NCBI GenBank assembly: GCA_964486045.1
Contig: CAZALK010000006.1
Coordinates: 128,001 to 192,000, forward strand
Direction of reading: 5' to 3'
Source: an uncultured archaeon
GTDB taxonomy: Archaea; Asgardarchaeota; Lokiarchaeia; Sigyniarchaeales; SOKP01
Length of the DNA stretch: 64,000 nucleotides
How positions within the stretch are numbered: the stretch's first letter is position 1; the number at the start of each line of letters is the position of its first letter. Shown piece after piece: positions 27,640 through 38,804 of the stretch. The translations under genes and the position numbers were made by a program. The notes under the pieces were generated by a model. It was given only the letters and a program-made list of their open reading frames with translations, had not been told where the DNA came from and did no database searches.

Positions 27640-28443
27640 TTGAAGATTTTCGTCTGTATTAAACAAGTACCAGGAGTCTCTGAAGTTAGAATTGATCCTA
27701 AGAGAAACACTTTAGTTAGAGAAGGTATTCCGTCTGTTACCAATCCTTTTGATAAGAATGCAATCGAGTTAGCTTTAACGATCAAAGAAAAACATGGCGC
27801 TGAAGTTATCGCATTAAGTATGGGTCCACCCCAAGCCAAGGAAGTTTTAAGAGAAGCTTTAGCAATGGGAGTAGATCGGGCATTTTTATTAACAGATAAA
27901 GCGTTTGCAGGAGCTGATACTTTAGCTACTTCTTATACTTTAGCTCTTGCCATTAAAAAACTATTGAAAGGTTCTAAAGACAAAATTAATTATCTTGTTA
28001 TCGTTGGTGCTCAAGCAATTGATGGAGATACAGGTCAAGTAGGACCGGAGTTAGCTGAAGAGTTAAATATACCTCAAATTACCTATATTCAGAAGTTTGA
28101 ACTAATAGAAAATAGAATTCTAGTTGAAAGGATTTTTAGAGAAGAAGAGATTGTTATTATTGAGACAAAAATACCAGCCTTAATCTCTGTTTTAAGAGAA
28201 ATCAATTCTCCCAGAAATCCCCCGATGTCTGGAATTGTAAATGCTTATAAGAAGGAAATTAAAGTTTTTAGTGTAGAAGAATTAAAACCTGATAAACGTA
28301 AAATAGGTAGACATGGTTCAATGACAGAAGTTTGGAAAATTTTTGTCCCAGAAAGAAAAGGTGAACAACTTATCCTCGAAGGCACTAATGAGGAAAAAGT
28401 TCAGGAATTATGTAGGAATTTAAAGAATGACAAAATGCTTTAA
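27640..28443 (+). CDS. etfB: Electron transfer flavoprotein beta subunit
   Basis: CIKQVP, NPFD, GADTLATS, QAIDGDTGQVG. Confidence 0.95.
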   Translation: MKIFVCIKQVPGVSEVRIDPKRNTLVREGIPSVTNPFDKNAIELALTIKEKHGAEVIALSMGPPQAKEVLREALAMGVDRAFLLTDKAFAGADTLATSYTLALAIKKLLKGSKDKINYLVIVGAQAIDGDTGQVGPELAEELNIPQITYIQKFELIENRILVERIFREEEIVIIETKIPALISVLREINSPRNPPMSGIVNAYKKEIKVFSVEELKPDKRKIGRHGSMTEVWKIFVPERKGEQLILEGTNEEKVQELCRNLKNDKML

Positions 28444-28456
28444 GAGAATTTTAGAA

Positions 28457-29656
28457 ATGAGCATATTTATAAATGATGAGCTTTGTACTGGGTGCGGGAG
28501 TTGTACGGAGACTTGTCCCTTTGTAGGGATTGAAATCATTGATAATAAAGCGGTTATTACTGAAAATTGTAATTTTTGTGGCGCCTGTCTTGACGTTTGC
28601 CCTGTTGATGCGATTTTAATTGAAAAAAAGGAATTTGAAGTAGAAAAAATCGATCTTTCAGAATATAGAGGTGTTTGGGTCATAGCTGAGCATTATAAGA
28701 ACAAAATCCATCCTGTGGTATTTCAATTGTTAGGAAAAGGACGAAACTTATCAAAAGAATTAGAAGTGAATTTAACACTTGTTATTTTAGGGTGGGATTT
28801 TGATAACCAGCTAGAAGAATTTAACTTATATGGTCCAGATGAAATAATTTATGTTAAATCACCAATTTTGAAGAATTATTACTCTGATTTATATGTTCAA
28901 GCCTTAACAGAATTGATTAATGAGAATAAGCCTGAAATTATATTAATAGGAGCTACACCAACAGGAAGAGATTTTGCTCCAAGAATTGCAAAGAGGTTAA
29001 ATGCAGGTTTAACAGCGGATTGTACGGGATTAGAGATCGATCAGACTACAAGAAACCTTTTACAGACTCGACCAACATTTGGAGGATCTCTTATGGCAAC
29101 AATTAGAACACCAAATAGTCGACCACAAATGGCAACGGTTAGACCGGGTATCTTTGAATCTCCAGAAAAATGCAAAGGGAAATCAAGAATCAAAAAAATA
29201 AACGTTGATTTCAAGGAAAAAGATTTAGTAACTAAAATAGTAAAAGTAATTGAAAGGAAGAAAATCGCAGTAAACCTTGAAGATGCCGAAATTATTGTTG
29301 CTGGGGGTAGAGGAGTTGGATCTAAAGAGAATTTTAGGATAATTGAAGAATTAGCCGAAGTATTGGGTGCTGAATTAGGAGGGTCTCGTGTTACAGTTGA
29401 ACTTGGCTGGTTAGATCAAAACAGACAAATAGGTCAAACTGGAAAAACAGTTTCTCCTAAATTATATATAGCTTGTGGTATATCCGGGGCTACTCAACAT
29501 TTAGTGGGAATGGAAAATTCAGAAATTATCGTAGCAATTAATAAGGATCGGAAAGCACCAATTTTTAATGTAGCTCACTATGGAATTGTTGGGGATCTAG
29601 ACGAAATTGTACCCTTGTTAATAGAAACCTTGAAAAAAGAATTAAACCCAGATTAA
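28457..29656 (+). CDS. etfA: Electron transfer flavoprotein alpha subunit with N-terminal 2[4Fe-4S] ferredoxin domain
   Basis: Two CxxCxxCxxxCP motifs; GLTADCT, RPTFGG, QIGQTGKTV, GISGA.QH. Confidence 0.95.
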   Translation: MSIFINDELCTGCGSCTETCPFVGIEIIDNKAVITENCNFCGACLDVCPVDAILIEKKEFEVEKIDLSEYRGVWVIAEHYKNKIHPVVFQLLGKGRNLSKELEVNLTLVILGWDFDNQLEEFNLYGPDEIIYVKSPILKNYYSDLYVQALTELINENKPEIILIGATPTGRDFAPRIAKRLNAGLTADCTGLEIDQTTRNLLQTRPTFGGSLMATIRTPNSRPQMATVRPGIFESPEKCKGKSRIKKINVDFKEKDLVTKIVKVIERKKIAVNLEDAEIIVAGGRGVGSKENFRIIEELAEVLGAELGGSRVTVELGWLDQNRQIGQTGKTVSPKLYIACGISGATQHLVGMENSEIIVAINKDRKAPIFNVAHYGIVGDLDEIVPLLIETLKKELNPD

Positions 29657-29728
29657 AAGGTGTATACTTTTACTTCAATTAAACATTAGGAAAAGAATAA
29701 AATAAAAATAATGTAATATATTTTGACG

Positions 29729-30520
29729 TTAAACTTTGTCCAGACGCCCACCATTGATACCTATAATTTCTCCATTCATAAACCACGCAGCATCACTGCA
29801 TAAAAATAGTATCACTTGAGATACATATTTAGCTTTACCAATTCCCAAAGGTATTCTACCCGAATAATATTTTCGCCATTTCTCTTCTTGCTTGCTTAAT
29901 AAATCTTTCAGGATAGGCGTTTCGATTAAAGTTGGCATAACAGCATGAGTTCTTATGTTGTAGCGGATCAATTCTAATCCTGCAGTTTTGACCATCCCGA
30001 GCATCCCCGCTTTGGCTGCAGAATAATTCAACTGACCAATATTCCCTTCTGCTGCTTGACTACTAATCGTAATTACCCTTTTATCTGGGTATTCTGAAAT
30101 ATCATTTTTTGGATTTTCTTTGCAATAAGCGATCCACCGTTTGGCACATGCTTGTAAACTTAAGTAGAAACCCTTTAAATGAGTATTTATTACATCATCC
30201 CAGTCCTCTTCAGATAATTTATGTATCATTCCATCCTTGAGAATTCCTGCTGAATGTATTAAAAAATCGACTGTACCATATTTTTCGAATGCTTTATTAA
30301 CCCCCGATTCGATTGATTCAGAGCTTCGTACGTCTCCCTCAATGAATAAAACTTCCCCGCCAGCCTCTTTTATTTCGTTTTCAACCTGTAGACCATTTTC
30401 TTTATCAAAATCAAAAAGAACGACTTTTGCCCCTTCAGAAGCGAGTTCTTTAGCAGTTTTTTTTGCTAAGCCTGAAGCCCCACCTGTGAGAAAAGCGACT
30501 TTATCATTAAATCTTCCCAA
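29729..30520 (-). CDS. SDR family oxidoreductase (FabG-like)
   Basis: TGGASGLA, NYSAAKAG. Confidence 0.9.
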   Translation of the reverse strand: MGRFNDKVAFLTGGASGLAKKTAKELASEGAKVVLFDFDKENGLQVENEIKEAGGEVLFIEGDVRSSESIESGVNKAFEKYGTVDFLIHSAGILKDGMIHKLSEEDWDDVINTHLKGFYLSLQACAKRWIAYCKENPKNDISEYPDKRVITISSQAAEGNIGQLNYSAAKAGMLGMVKTAGLELIRYNIRTHAVMPTLIETPILKDLLSKQEEKWRKYYSGRIPLGIGKAKYVSQVILFLCSDAAWFMNGEIIGINGGRLDKV

Positions 30521-31268
30521 TATTCTAAACCTCTAGTTTTTGATATTTAAATGAATTATTATTTCTTTTCATAAAAAATTAGGTAATGAATCTATAAATT
30601 AAATTCATTGTTCAATATAAATTTGAAGATAGGTATAAATTTAGAATTTATTGAATGTAGGGTAATTTTAATATAGTGAAGAATAAAAGAAGCTATTAGT
30701 AAAAAAAAAGTAATGGAATGAGTTTTTAGTCAAATTATTGTGGAGGAATAAATTATGGCAAAAAAACATTCCACTACAACGTAGAAAAAAAAAAATCTTT
30801 TTTCTGTTATTTATGTAGTGACCTATCCTAATAAATGTTTGGAATTTAACGTCAATTTCATGAACGCTCTATTCTATTATTCCGTAAATTTTATTGGTAT
30901 GATACAGTTTTGAGATATATAATTCTAATTTTCCTTATATCATCCTTGTTTTAAAAATAAAGGCTAAATAAAGCCATAATTTTAATGAACAAAAGAATTT
31001 TTTCTTGAAAAATATGTGAACCCAAACAATTTTTTTCAATGGCTATACCCGAATTATTAAAAAGATTTTTGATCTAAAAGTTATGGGTATATACATATTT
31101 TAATTTTATTAAGTTTTTAATAACGGCGATATCACTTTAAAACAATGATAACGTTGAATTTTTTTACAATCACTAGATTTTAAAGCAATACCGAATTTTT
31201 CTAGAGAAGATTGGGGGATTATATTTATGTTATTCTATAAATAACTATTAATTGCTCATAGATTCGAG

Positions 31269-33320
31269 TTGATCAAAATAACAGATGAAATAAAAGTTAG
31301 AAAAGGCATGTCAATTCAAGAAATTGATGAATTCGTTGAATATGCTCTTAACGAAATGACTTTGGAGGAAAAAACATATACAATGACCGGTCATGACTTT
31401 TTTAAGTATTTTATTAAAGATAAGAAGTTTGGTGTGAGAGCCTATCCCGGGGGAGGAGTTAAGCGATTAAATATTCCTTCTTTTTTATTTACAGATGGAC
31501 CTCGGGGTGTGATAATAACGGGATCTACTTGTTTTCCTGTTTCTATGGCTAGAGGTGCCAGCTGGGATGTGAAATTAGAAGAGGAGGTGGGAGAAACAAT
31601 TGGTAAAGAAGTTCGTGCTCATGGTGGAAATCTTTTTGGCGGTGTATGTATCAATTTATTACGTCATCCCTCATGGGGAAGAGCTCAGGAAACATATGGT
31701 GAAGATCCCTTCCATATTGGACAACTTGGTTCATCATTGGTAAGAGGAGTTCAGAAACACAATGTTATGGCTACCGTAAAACATTTTGCAGCAAATAGTA
31801 TTGAAGATGCACGTTTTAAGGTTAATGTTCTAATGGAGGAACGAACCCTTCGTGAGGTTTATCTTCCCCATTTTAAATATTGCATCAAAGAAGGTTGCGC
31901 TACAGTAATGACGGCGTATAACAAACTTCAGGGAGATTTTTGTAGTCATAATAAGTATTTATTACGAGATATACTGAAAAATGAATGGAAATTTAAAGGT
32001 TTTGTTCATTCAGATTGGTTTAAAGGGTTACATAAAACTTTAGGTGGAATTCTCGGAGGTTTAGATGTTGAAATGCCCCGCCCAAAATATTATAGCAAAG
32101 GATTAATAAGAAAGGTTGAAAGTCAACAAGTACCAATAATGTTAATTAATGATGCAGTAAGAAGGATAATCCGCACAGTTTTAATATTTACTACGAGAGA
32201 AGATCCTCAAAATTATGACTCAAATTTAATCGCGTGTAAGGACCACATCCAATTAGCACGAAAAGTTGCAGAAAAAAGTATGGTCTTACTTAAAAATGAG
32301 TCAAATATTTTACCGTTAAAATTAGAAGGAACTAAAAAATTAGCTGTTATTGGTAATTTAGCCGATTTAAAGAATACGGGTGATAATGGAAGCAGTAACG
32401 TAAATCAACCCAATATTGTAACTCCTTTACGGGGATTTAAGAACCAAATTGGAGATAAGGTAGATATATTATACAATAATGGGAAAAATGTTGGTAATGC
32501 TCAAAAAATTGCACAGGACGCTGATACTGCTGTTATTGTAGTTGGTTATACATATAAAGATGAAGGAGAAAATGTTGAACTACTTTTGAAGGGTGGAGGA
32601 GATCGAATTAATCTTGGTTTGAAAACCAAAGACGTAGAATTAATCCAATCGGTCTTGAATGTGAATCCAAGATGTATAATTGTTCTGATTGGTGGTAGTG
32701 CGATCATCATGGAAGAGTGGAAAGGTAAAGCTCCTGCAATATTAGTGGCATGGTATTCTGGGATGGAAGGAGGGAATGCTTTAGCTGACATTATCTTTGG
32801 TAGAGTAAATCCATGTGGAAAATTACCTTTTTCTATACCAAAAGATCCTGGTCATTTGCCATTCTTTGATAAAGATGCCGAGGAAATAAAATATGGATAT
32901 TACCATGGATATACTTTGTTAGAAAAGCAGAATATTCAACCCGCATTTCATTTTGGGTTTGGGTTGAGTTACACTGAGTTTAAATATGAAAATCTTAGTG
33001 TAAATCTTTCAAATGATTCTATAATAGCTTCTATAGACGTAATAAATCTAGGCAATAGGAAAGGAGAAGAAGTTGTACAATTGTATGTTGGATTTGAAAA
33101 TTCTAAAATAGATCGTCCTAAGAAATTGTTAAAGGGCTTTAAAAAAGTCGAGATAAAACCAAAAGAAACAAAAAATGTAAAAATTAGTGTCAATAACAAT
33201 GATTTAGCATACTATAACCCCGAAACTAAAACATGGGAAATTGAAAGGATGAAATATATCATCTTTGTTGGTTCATCATCAGACATAAAAGATCTCTTGA
33301 ATACTGAAATACTTATTTAG
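31269..33320 (+). CDS. GH3 beta-glucosidase
   Basis: DGPRG, GRAQETYGEDP, KHF, SDW nucleophile, FGFGLSYT, Fn3-like tail. Confidence 0.95.
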   Translation: MIKITDEIKVRKGMSIQEIDEFVEYALNEMTLEEKTYTMTGHDFFKYFIKDKKFGVRAYPGGGVKRLNIPSFLFTDGPRGVIITGSTCFPVSMARGASWDVKLEEEVGETIGKEVRAHGGNLFGGVCINLLRHPSWGRAQETYGEDPFHIGQLGSSLVRGVQKHNVMATVKHFAANSIEDARFKVNVLMEERTLREVYLPHFKYCIKEGCATVMTAYNKLQGDFCSHNKYLLRDILKNEWKFKGFVHSDWFKGLHKTLGGILGGLDVEMPRPKYYSKGLIRKVESQQVPIMLINDAVRRIIRTVLIFTTREDPQNYDSNLIACKDHIQLARKVAEKSMVLLKNESNILPLKLEGTKKLAVIGNLADLKNTGDNGSSNVNQPNIVTPLRGFKNQIGDKVDILYNNGKNVGNAQKIAQDADTAVIVVGYTYKDEGENVELLLKGGGDRINLGLKTKDVELIQSVLNVNPRCIIVLIGGSAIIMEEWKGKAPAILVAWYSGMEGGNALADIIFGRVNPCGKLPFSIPKDPGHLPFFDKDAEEIKYGYYHGYTLLEKQNIQPAFHFGFGLSYTEFKYENLSVNLSNDSIIASIDVINLGNRKGEEVVQLYVGFENSKIDRPKKLLKGFKKVEIKPKETKNVKISVNNNDLAYYNPETKTWEIERMKYIIFVGSSSDIKDLLNTEILI

Positions 33321-33415
33321 TACAATTTTTTTCAATTTTGTTCCATTCTTTTGATAAAAGCTTAGGTATAATTTAAATACAAAATAAAAAAAAAAAGTAA
33401 TTTTATTAATTATTC

Positions 33416-36400
33416 TTATCTAGGAGTTTTTGTTAAAATTTTTCCTTTCTTCCTCAAGATGTAGACAACTACTGCTGCACCGGCTACTGATGGGATAACT
33501 ATTGCTAGTGTAAGGACTAATGCAGGATCTAGGGGGGGTGTATAAGATGCTCTCAAATCACTTGTCCCTAGTGCTACAGTATCATACTGACTTAGGGAAA
33601 TATAAAACGAAATATTTTCAGCTGAATCAGCAACTTCAAATAATAATGTAAATGTTTCAGAGAACACTCCAAATTCAATGGTCCTGTTAGTATTTACTGT
33701 TGAAGCTAATAATTGATTTTCGGCGTTTGGTCCAGTAGTATCATCCCAGGGAAGATCTTGCAGTAAATAGATCTCAAAATCCGCAACTCCCTGAAAAGTT
33801 AATACTAATTGAGTCCATTGATATGGCTCACCAATACATTCAAGAGCAAAATAACTCTCATCACCACCAAATGGTAGGGTTGTTTCAGTATGGTTATACT
33901 CTGTTATTAATCCGTAGTTGTAGATAGAACCGGTAATATTAGAATATCCCGAAAGTGTATAATTTGTAATATCGATTGCATGAAGATTTGGTGTCGGGGA
34001 TAGTGTGGTAATATCATAAGTTTCTACGTGCCTATAATCCCAGTAATTCTCAACAGCAAAATCAACATTAATCGCCCCCGGATATGTCCATTCCTCGGGA
34101 ATAATCAGAAGTTTGTATGTTCCTCCTTCAAAACCTATAGTCATTGGGTCGCCACCTCTAATAATAGATGATTCTCTACTATCGTATTCACTGTAATAAT
34201 CATCTAAACTAACTACTAGATTACTAGGATCAGTTGGTTGAGTTATTCCAGATGGACCCCAAAAATCATCGTATTCATATCCAGATTCTCCTATTAGGAA
34301 AAATTGTAAATCTCCCATAACAGTAGCATTTAGTAAAGTTAATTCTTGTATAACAGGTATAGTTACATAATCATTTGTACAATCTAATCTCATCCAGAAA
34401 TAATCATTTTCATCTATACTTGGATCTATATCAAAACCTCCAGTTCCCCTGGTCCATTGACTAAAATCTACATCTGTTAAATCAAATTCAATTGTACCAT
34501 CTGCTGTAAGTTCACTAGTACCATCATTATCTTCCGATAATACAACCCAACTACCATCATAAATTTCACACTCCATAATCCCACCACCTCCAAGAACTGA
34601 AAAATCAAATGTCATCCCAGTCCATATAGTTGGAGCTCCTATGTAAAAGAAATCAGTCGCAGTAGAATCACCATCAAGTGAAAAAACAGGTTGAGGGTAA
34701 CCAAAACTATAATAAGCTGAATCAGTTCCGTTATATGCATAGATGTATGTTGGAGTAATTGTTGAATTTGCTCCAGTATTATTAGAAAGCCAGATCGTAG
34801 TGTTCAATCTAAACTGACCAATATCCGGAATCTCAATGTTAATTCCTACAGGATCTTTAAGACTACCAAACTCTGAATCAGATTGGAACTCAATAGAGGC
34901 AAACTCTGTAGGATTTATCGAAGGATAAGTTAAGCTAGTAACTGGAATTGTTTCCTCAGACCAACTAAATACTTTGGAACTAATTTGAAAAAGTCCATTT
35001 GCTAAAGGGTTCGTATTTTTAATAACAGCTTTATAAGTTCCTGCAGGTAAATAATGCCAGTAGAATGTTGTTGAATCAACTGTTCTTACTAATAGCGCAG
35101 AGTTTATATCATAGCGTTCAAATTCTTTTGAATCTCTAAATATAAAGGCATTAAAGTTTCCTAAAGAATCAATAGCTGGTGCTCCTAAAGGATTAGGTAA
35201 ACTCGTATAATTAAAGCGCACAATTGAATCTTTTTGAAGTGAAAATTCAACAGTTTTTATCTCATCCATAGAAATGCTAAACGTTGTTTTTTCACCAAGT
35301 GTAAATTTCTCATTATTAGCTTTAGTTAAGAAGAATGAATATCTATACCAGTCTTCAAAATCAACGTCGGTTAATGAAACATAAGCATAACCACTTTTAG
35401 CAAAATATACTTCGTAATTTCCTGTACCAACATTTTGTACAAAGTAACCATTCGCACTTGGTGTCCAAATATCTATATTTGGAGTAAACCCAGTTGAAAG
35501 GTCTTCGTATATATCTACTCTAAATACTTCTCCTCTTTTACCACTAATTCTAAACCAATTTGATTGCCACATAGCAATTTTAGAGACATCTAGAGTCGTG
35601 AAATCATTAAAATTTCCTCCAAATTTTACTATATTTAATGGTAGGGAAGAAATATCAATATCTAGAAATTCTAAATTTAAGGAGGCAGGAGATGTATGAG
35701 AAGCGCCGACAAGTAAGCGATAAGCACCTATTTCATTTGCTGTAAATATCAGATAATTATATAGTAAGTCGGTTCCCTGAAATACAGCTGAATCTTCATA
35801 ATAATCAACATGTTCTCCAGATGGAGCTATTAAAAAATGCATATATGCAACTGCACCAGGATTAATTGTTAACCAATCAAACTTTAAAACTTTAGGGCCA
35901 GTACTTTTAATAATTATATCAATTTGCATAGGTTTTTCATAATTAAATGATTGAGCAAAAACTCCACCTTCTTCCATTGCATAGTAATCAAAAACTGTAC
36001 TTACTGTAAAGGGTGATAAAGTTTCTGCTTCAGCATTATACGCGGACACATTTAACCAATGAACCTCGTTCCAAGGATCAATATCATCTGTACTTGCCAT
36101 ACTACCGGCCCAATAAAGATCCAAAGATGTTGGATAATATAAAGAAATATCCTCTCCTGGGTTGTTCACTATTTTTTCTGCAATTGGTCCACCTCCTCCT
36201 AGCCAATCGGTTACGGTAAATTTACCTTGATTTCTACCATCAATATAAACGGCTCCTAACGTGTTAGGGGATGGGATAATCGCACCATAACTTTCAGGAC
36301 CTAAAGGGTCTTCTTTATCTAGATTAAAAACAGCATCTTGCTGGGCAGTAACTGCAAATCCATTAGATATCGCAAATACATTAAATAAAAGGAATATCAG

Positions 36401-36448
36401 TAATGTACATCCTATTGCTATTTTTTTTTTCTTCAGTATGGATTTCAT
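33416..36448 (-). CDS. Large secreted protein with C-terminal membrane anchor
   Basis: N-terminal signal/TM segment, acidic T/S/D-rich body, C-terminal TM plus basic tail. Confidence 0.8.
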   Translation of the reverse strand: MKSILKKKKIAIGCTLLIFLLFNVFAISNGFAVTAQQDAVFNLDKEDPLGPESYGAIIPSPNTLGAVYIDGRNQGKFTVTDWLGGGGPIAEKIVNNPGEDISLYYPTSLDLYWAGSMASTDDIDPWNEVHWLNVSAYNAEAETLSPFTVSTVFDYYAMEEGGVFAQSFNYEKPMQIDIIIKSTGPKVLKFDWLTINPGAVAYMHFLIAPSGEHVDYYEDSAVFQGTDLLYNYLIFTANEIGAYRLLVGASHTSPASLNLEFLDIDISSLPLNIVKFGGNFNDFTTLDVSKIAMWQSNWFRISGKRGEVFRVDIYEDLSTGFTPNIDIWTPSANGYFVQNVGTGNYEVYFAKSGYAYVSLTDVDFEDWYRYSFFLTKANNEKFTLGEKTTFSISMDEIKTVEFSLQKDSIVRFNYTSLPNPLGAPAIDSLGNFNAFIFRDSKEFERYDINSALLVRTVDSTTFYWHYLPAGTYKAVIKNTNPLANGLFQISSKVFSWSEETIPVTSLTYPSINPTEFASIEFQSDSEFGSLKDPVGINIEIPDIGQFRLNTTIWLSNNTGANSTITPTYIYAYNGTDSAYYSFGYPQPVFSLDGDSTATDFFYIGAPTIWTGMTFDFSVLGGGGIMECEIYDGSWVVLSEDNDGTSELTADGTIEFDLTDVDFSQWTRGTGGFDIDPSIDENDYFWMRLDCTNDYVTIPVIQELTLLNATVMGDLQFFLIGESGYEYDDFWGPSGITQPTDPSNLVVSLDDYYSEYDSRESSIIRGGDPMTIGFEGGTYKLLIIPEEWTYPGAINVDFAVENYWDYRHVETYDITTLSPTPNLHAIDITNYTLSGYSNITGSIYNYGLITEYNHTETTLPFGGDESYFALECIGEPYQWTQLVLTFQGVADFEIYLLQDLPWDDTTGPNAENQLLASTVNTNRTIEFGVFSETFTLLFEVADSAENISFYISLSQYDTVALGTSDLRASYTPPLDPALVLTLAIVIPSVAGAAVVVYILRKKGKILTKTPR

Positions 36449-36618
36449 TTTATTTCAATTTTTTTTCAAATTTAAGATCAATAATATGATCTGTATGCTA
36501 AGACATCACCATTCGATTATATAAATTTGATTTCTTTCTTACTTAATAAAATGTCAAATTTAGTCTCAATCACCTAAATTTATTAGATGAATGATTTCAC
36601 GATCACAAACTAATTTTT

Positions 36619-37404
36619 CTATAAATTACGAATTTCTAGTGCGAATAATGCTGCCCCAAAAGCCCCTATTAGTTGGGGATTTGGGGGAATTAATACTTCG
36701 GCTCCAGTTTCTCTCTTTAAAATTTCTACGATGATGCTATTATGAGCAACGACACCACCAGTAACAACGATAGTCCCTTTTAGTTCAGTCATCTCAATTA
36801 CTCTTCTTATTACTGATTCAAACGTACTTCTTATCAAATCTTCAACTTTTTCTCCCTCTTTTATACGAGTAAGAATTTCCGTTTTTGCAAAAACAGTACA
36901 AAAGCTCCCAAGAGGATTTTTCATTGAAGATTTGATAGCTAAATTATTCAAGTCATCCAATTGAAGATCAAGTCTATGTGCGATCTCCTCAATAAATACA
37001 CCTGTTCCCGCAGCACATTTTCTATTCATTTTAAACTTTAAAATTTTCCCTTTATCATCGAGCTTAATAACTTTAGTGTCTTGTCCTCCTATATCGATGA
37101 TAGTGACCTTTTTGGGAAAATAATGATAAACCCCTTTAGCATGGCAACTAATTTCGGTTTTTGTGGCATTGGCAAAGGTAACGTTATTTTTGCCAAACCC
37201 TGTTGTCAGGATATTTTTTATCGAAGATTTTTCCAATGATGCCTTTAAAAGAACATTCTTAAGAACTATGTCACTCAATTCCCCAAGAGATGTACCAGTT
37301 CGTTTAATGAAGTAGTTTATAATCTCTTTAGCATCATTAATAATCATTGATTTAATATAAGATGTTCCAACATCAATACCTACAAAATATTTATATTTCG
37401 GCAT
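36619..37404 (-). CDS. Acyl-CoA dehydratase activase (HgdC/BcrAD ASKHA ATPase)
   Basis: GIDVGT, EISCH, DIGGQD, KCAAGTG, CTVFA. Confidence 0.93.
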   Translation of the reverse strand: MPKYKYFVGIDVGTSYIKSMIINDAKEIINYFIKRTGTSLGELSDIVLKNVLLKASLEKSSIKNILTTGFGKNNVTFANATKTEISCHAKGVYHYFPKKVTIIDIGGQDTKVIKLDDKGKILKFKMNRKCAAGTGVFIEEIAHRLDLQLDDLNNLAIKSSMKNPLGSFCTVFAKTEILTRIKEGEKVEDLIRSTFESVIRRVIEMTELKGTIVVTGGVVAHNSIIVEILKRETGAEVLIPPNPQLIGAFGAALFALEIRNL

Positions 37405-37444
37405 TAATTCTTTAGAAAATTATTAAAAATTTAAATTTTACATA

Positions 37445-38386
37445 TTAGGGAGGAACTGGTGGAAGTTCAGACCCCTTAATCAGGCAGACAAGAATATCAT
37501 TAATTGGAGTCGGGATTTCTTTTATTTTTCCATATTCAACTATTTTTCCATTCAAGAATTCTATTTCTGAGGGATTTCCTAATTCTATATCTGCTTGCAT
37601 TGAAACTTTATGGTGTCCTGCTTTATCCAAATAGTTTATGCAATATTCCAAAAATCCCTTGTCGAAATCTATATCACAGGCTCTACCAACTTGAATACCC
37701 TCAATCAATAATTCTCTTGCAAGTTTTCTTGTTTCTTTAAACTCCATTATTTGTTTTATCGTTGCTCTGGTTGTAGCACAAATAGGACTAATTGTATTTA
37801 GTATACATTTCTCCCATTCATACTTTTTAATTCTCGGAGTAAAATTAGTTTGTAATTCGGCTCCAGTTAAAACTTCTGCTAATTGCATCGCTTTTTCTTG
37901 GGCTTTAGGTGTTAATCCACCAATATAATTAGGAGGATTGAAAAATGACATCCTTATTATACCTGGAAATTCTAAATTTCCAGCATAGTTGACTACAATT
38001 CTCAAGGAATTATCTTTCCCAAAAAAATCTGCTAAAATTTCTTCGGTATCTAAACCATTCTGTAAACTAATTAGTGTAACCTTAGGGTTTATTACATTTT
38101 TAATTTGTGGTAAAACTTTCTTGAGAAGCGAAGCTTTAACCGCAATAAACAAAAAATCTACTTCTCTGTCTTGAAGAGCATCAATCGAATAACAAACCTT
38201 ATTCGATGGGAATTCTGCTTTGAAATCTCGATAATTAGTTATCTTGAGCCCATTATTTTTTATCTCATCTAAATGACTTTTTATAATATCAATTAAGATC
38301 ACATCACACCCGTTTCTGGCAAGATGTGCTGCCAAAATCCCTCCTGTTGGGCCCACGCCCACAATTCCAAATTTAATGCTTTTCAT
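37445..38386 (-). CDS. panE: 2-dehydropantoate 2-reductase family
   Basis: GVGPTG, AVKA, LQNG, WEK, SMQAD..EIEFLNG. Confidence 0.85.
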   Translation of the reverse strand: MKSIKFGIVGVGPTGGILAAHLARNGCDVILIDIIKSHLDEIKNNGLKITNYRDFKAEFPSNKVCYSIDALQDREVDFLFIAVKASLLKKVLPQIKNVINPKVTLISLQNGLDTEEILADFFGKDNSLRIVVNYAGNLEFPGIIRMSFFNPPNYIGGLTPKAQEKAMQLAEVLTGAELQTNFTPRIKKYEWEKCILNTISPICATTRATIKQIMEFKETRKLARELLIEGIQVGRACDIDFDKGFLEYCINYLDKAGHHKVSMQADIELGNPSEIEFLNGKIVEYGKIKEIPTPINDILVCLIKGSELPPVPP

Positions 38387-38459
38387 CTTATAGTCACATA
38401 ATTTCTCTTCTTAGAAATATAACTTTTTTTTTGTCAAAATTTGTTAAATTCCCTCTCCC

Positions 38460-38789
38460 TCAACTTGCTTTTATTCTCCTGCTTTTCCGAAATTTCTGCA
38501 TTAACTCTAAAAAGCTTTCGACTGCAGCTCTTTTTTTTCTAAGGTTATCTGCGGTGGCATCTATAAATTGAAGAGCGTTAGGAACACAAAACTTTACACA
38601 TGTGGGATTACCATTACATAAATCACATTTCATAGTTATTGGAACGTAAAAACCATCAACTTGCCATTTTACAACATGAATTCTTGCTAAAGATGGATTA
38701 CAAACATTTTCATGATACATAGAGCACACAATTTCACAGAGTCGACATCCTCTACATTTTTCTGGATCAATAAACAAGATTTTTTGCAT
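38460..38789 (-). CDS. 4Fe-4S ferredoxin-like subunit of AOR
   Basis: CRGCRLCEIVC, KCDLC..PTCVKFC; directly downstream of AOR. Confidence 0.85.
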   Translation of the reverse strand: MQKILFIDPEKCRGCRLCEIVCSMYHENVCNPSLARIHVVKWQVDGFYVPITMKCDLCNGNPTCVKFCVPNALQFIDATADNLRKKRAAVESFLELMQKFRKSRRIKAS

Positions 38790-38804
38790 TTTAAAACCTC
38801 AGAT

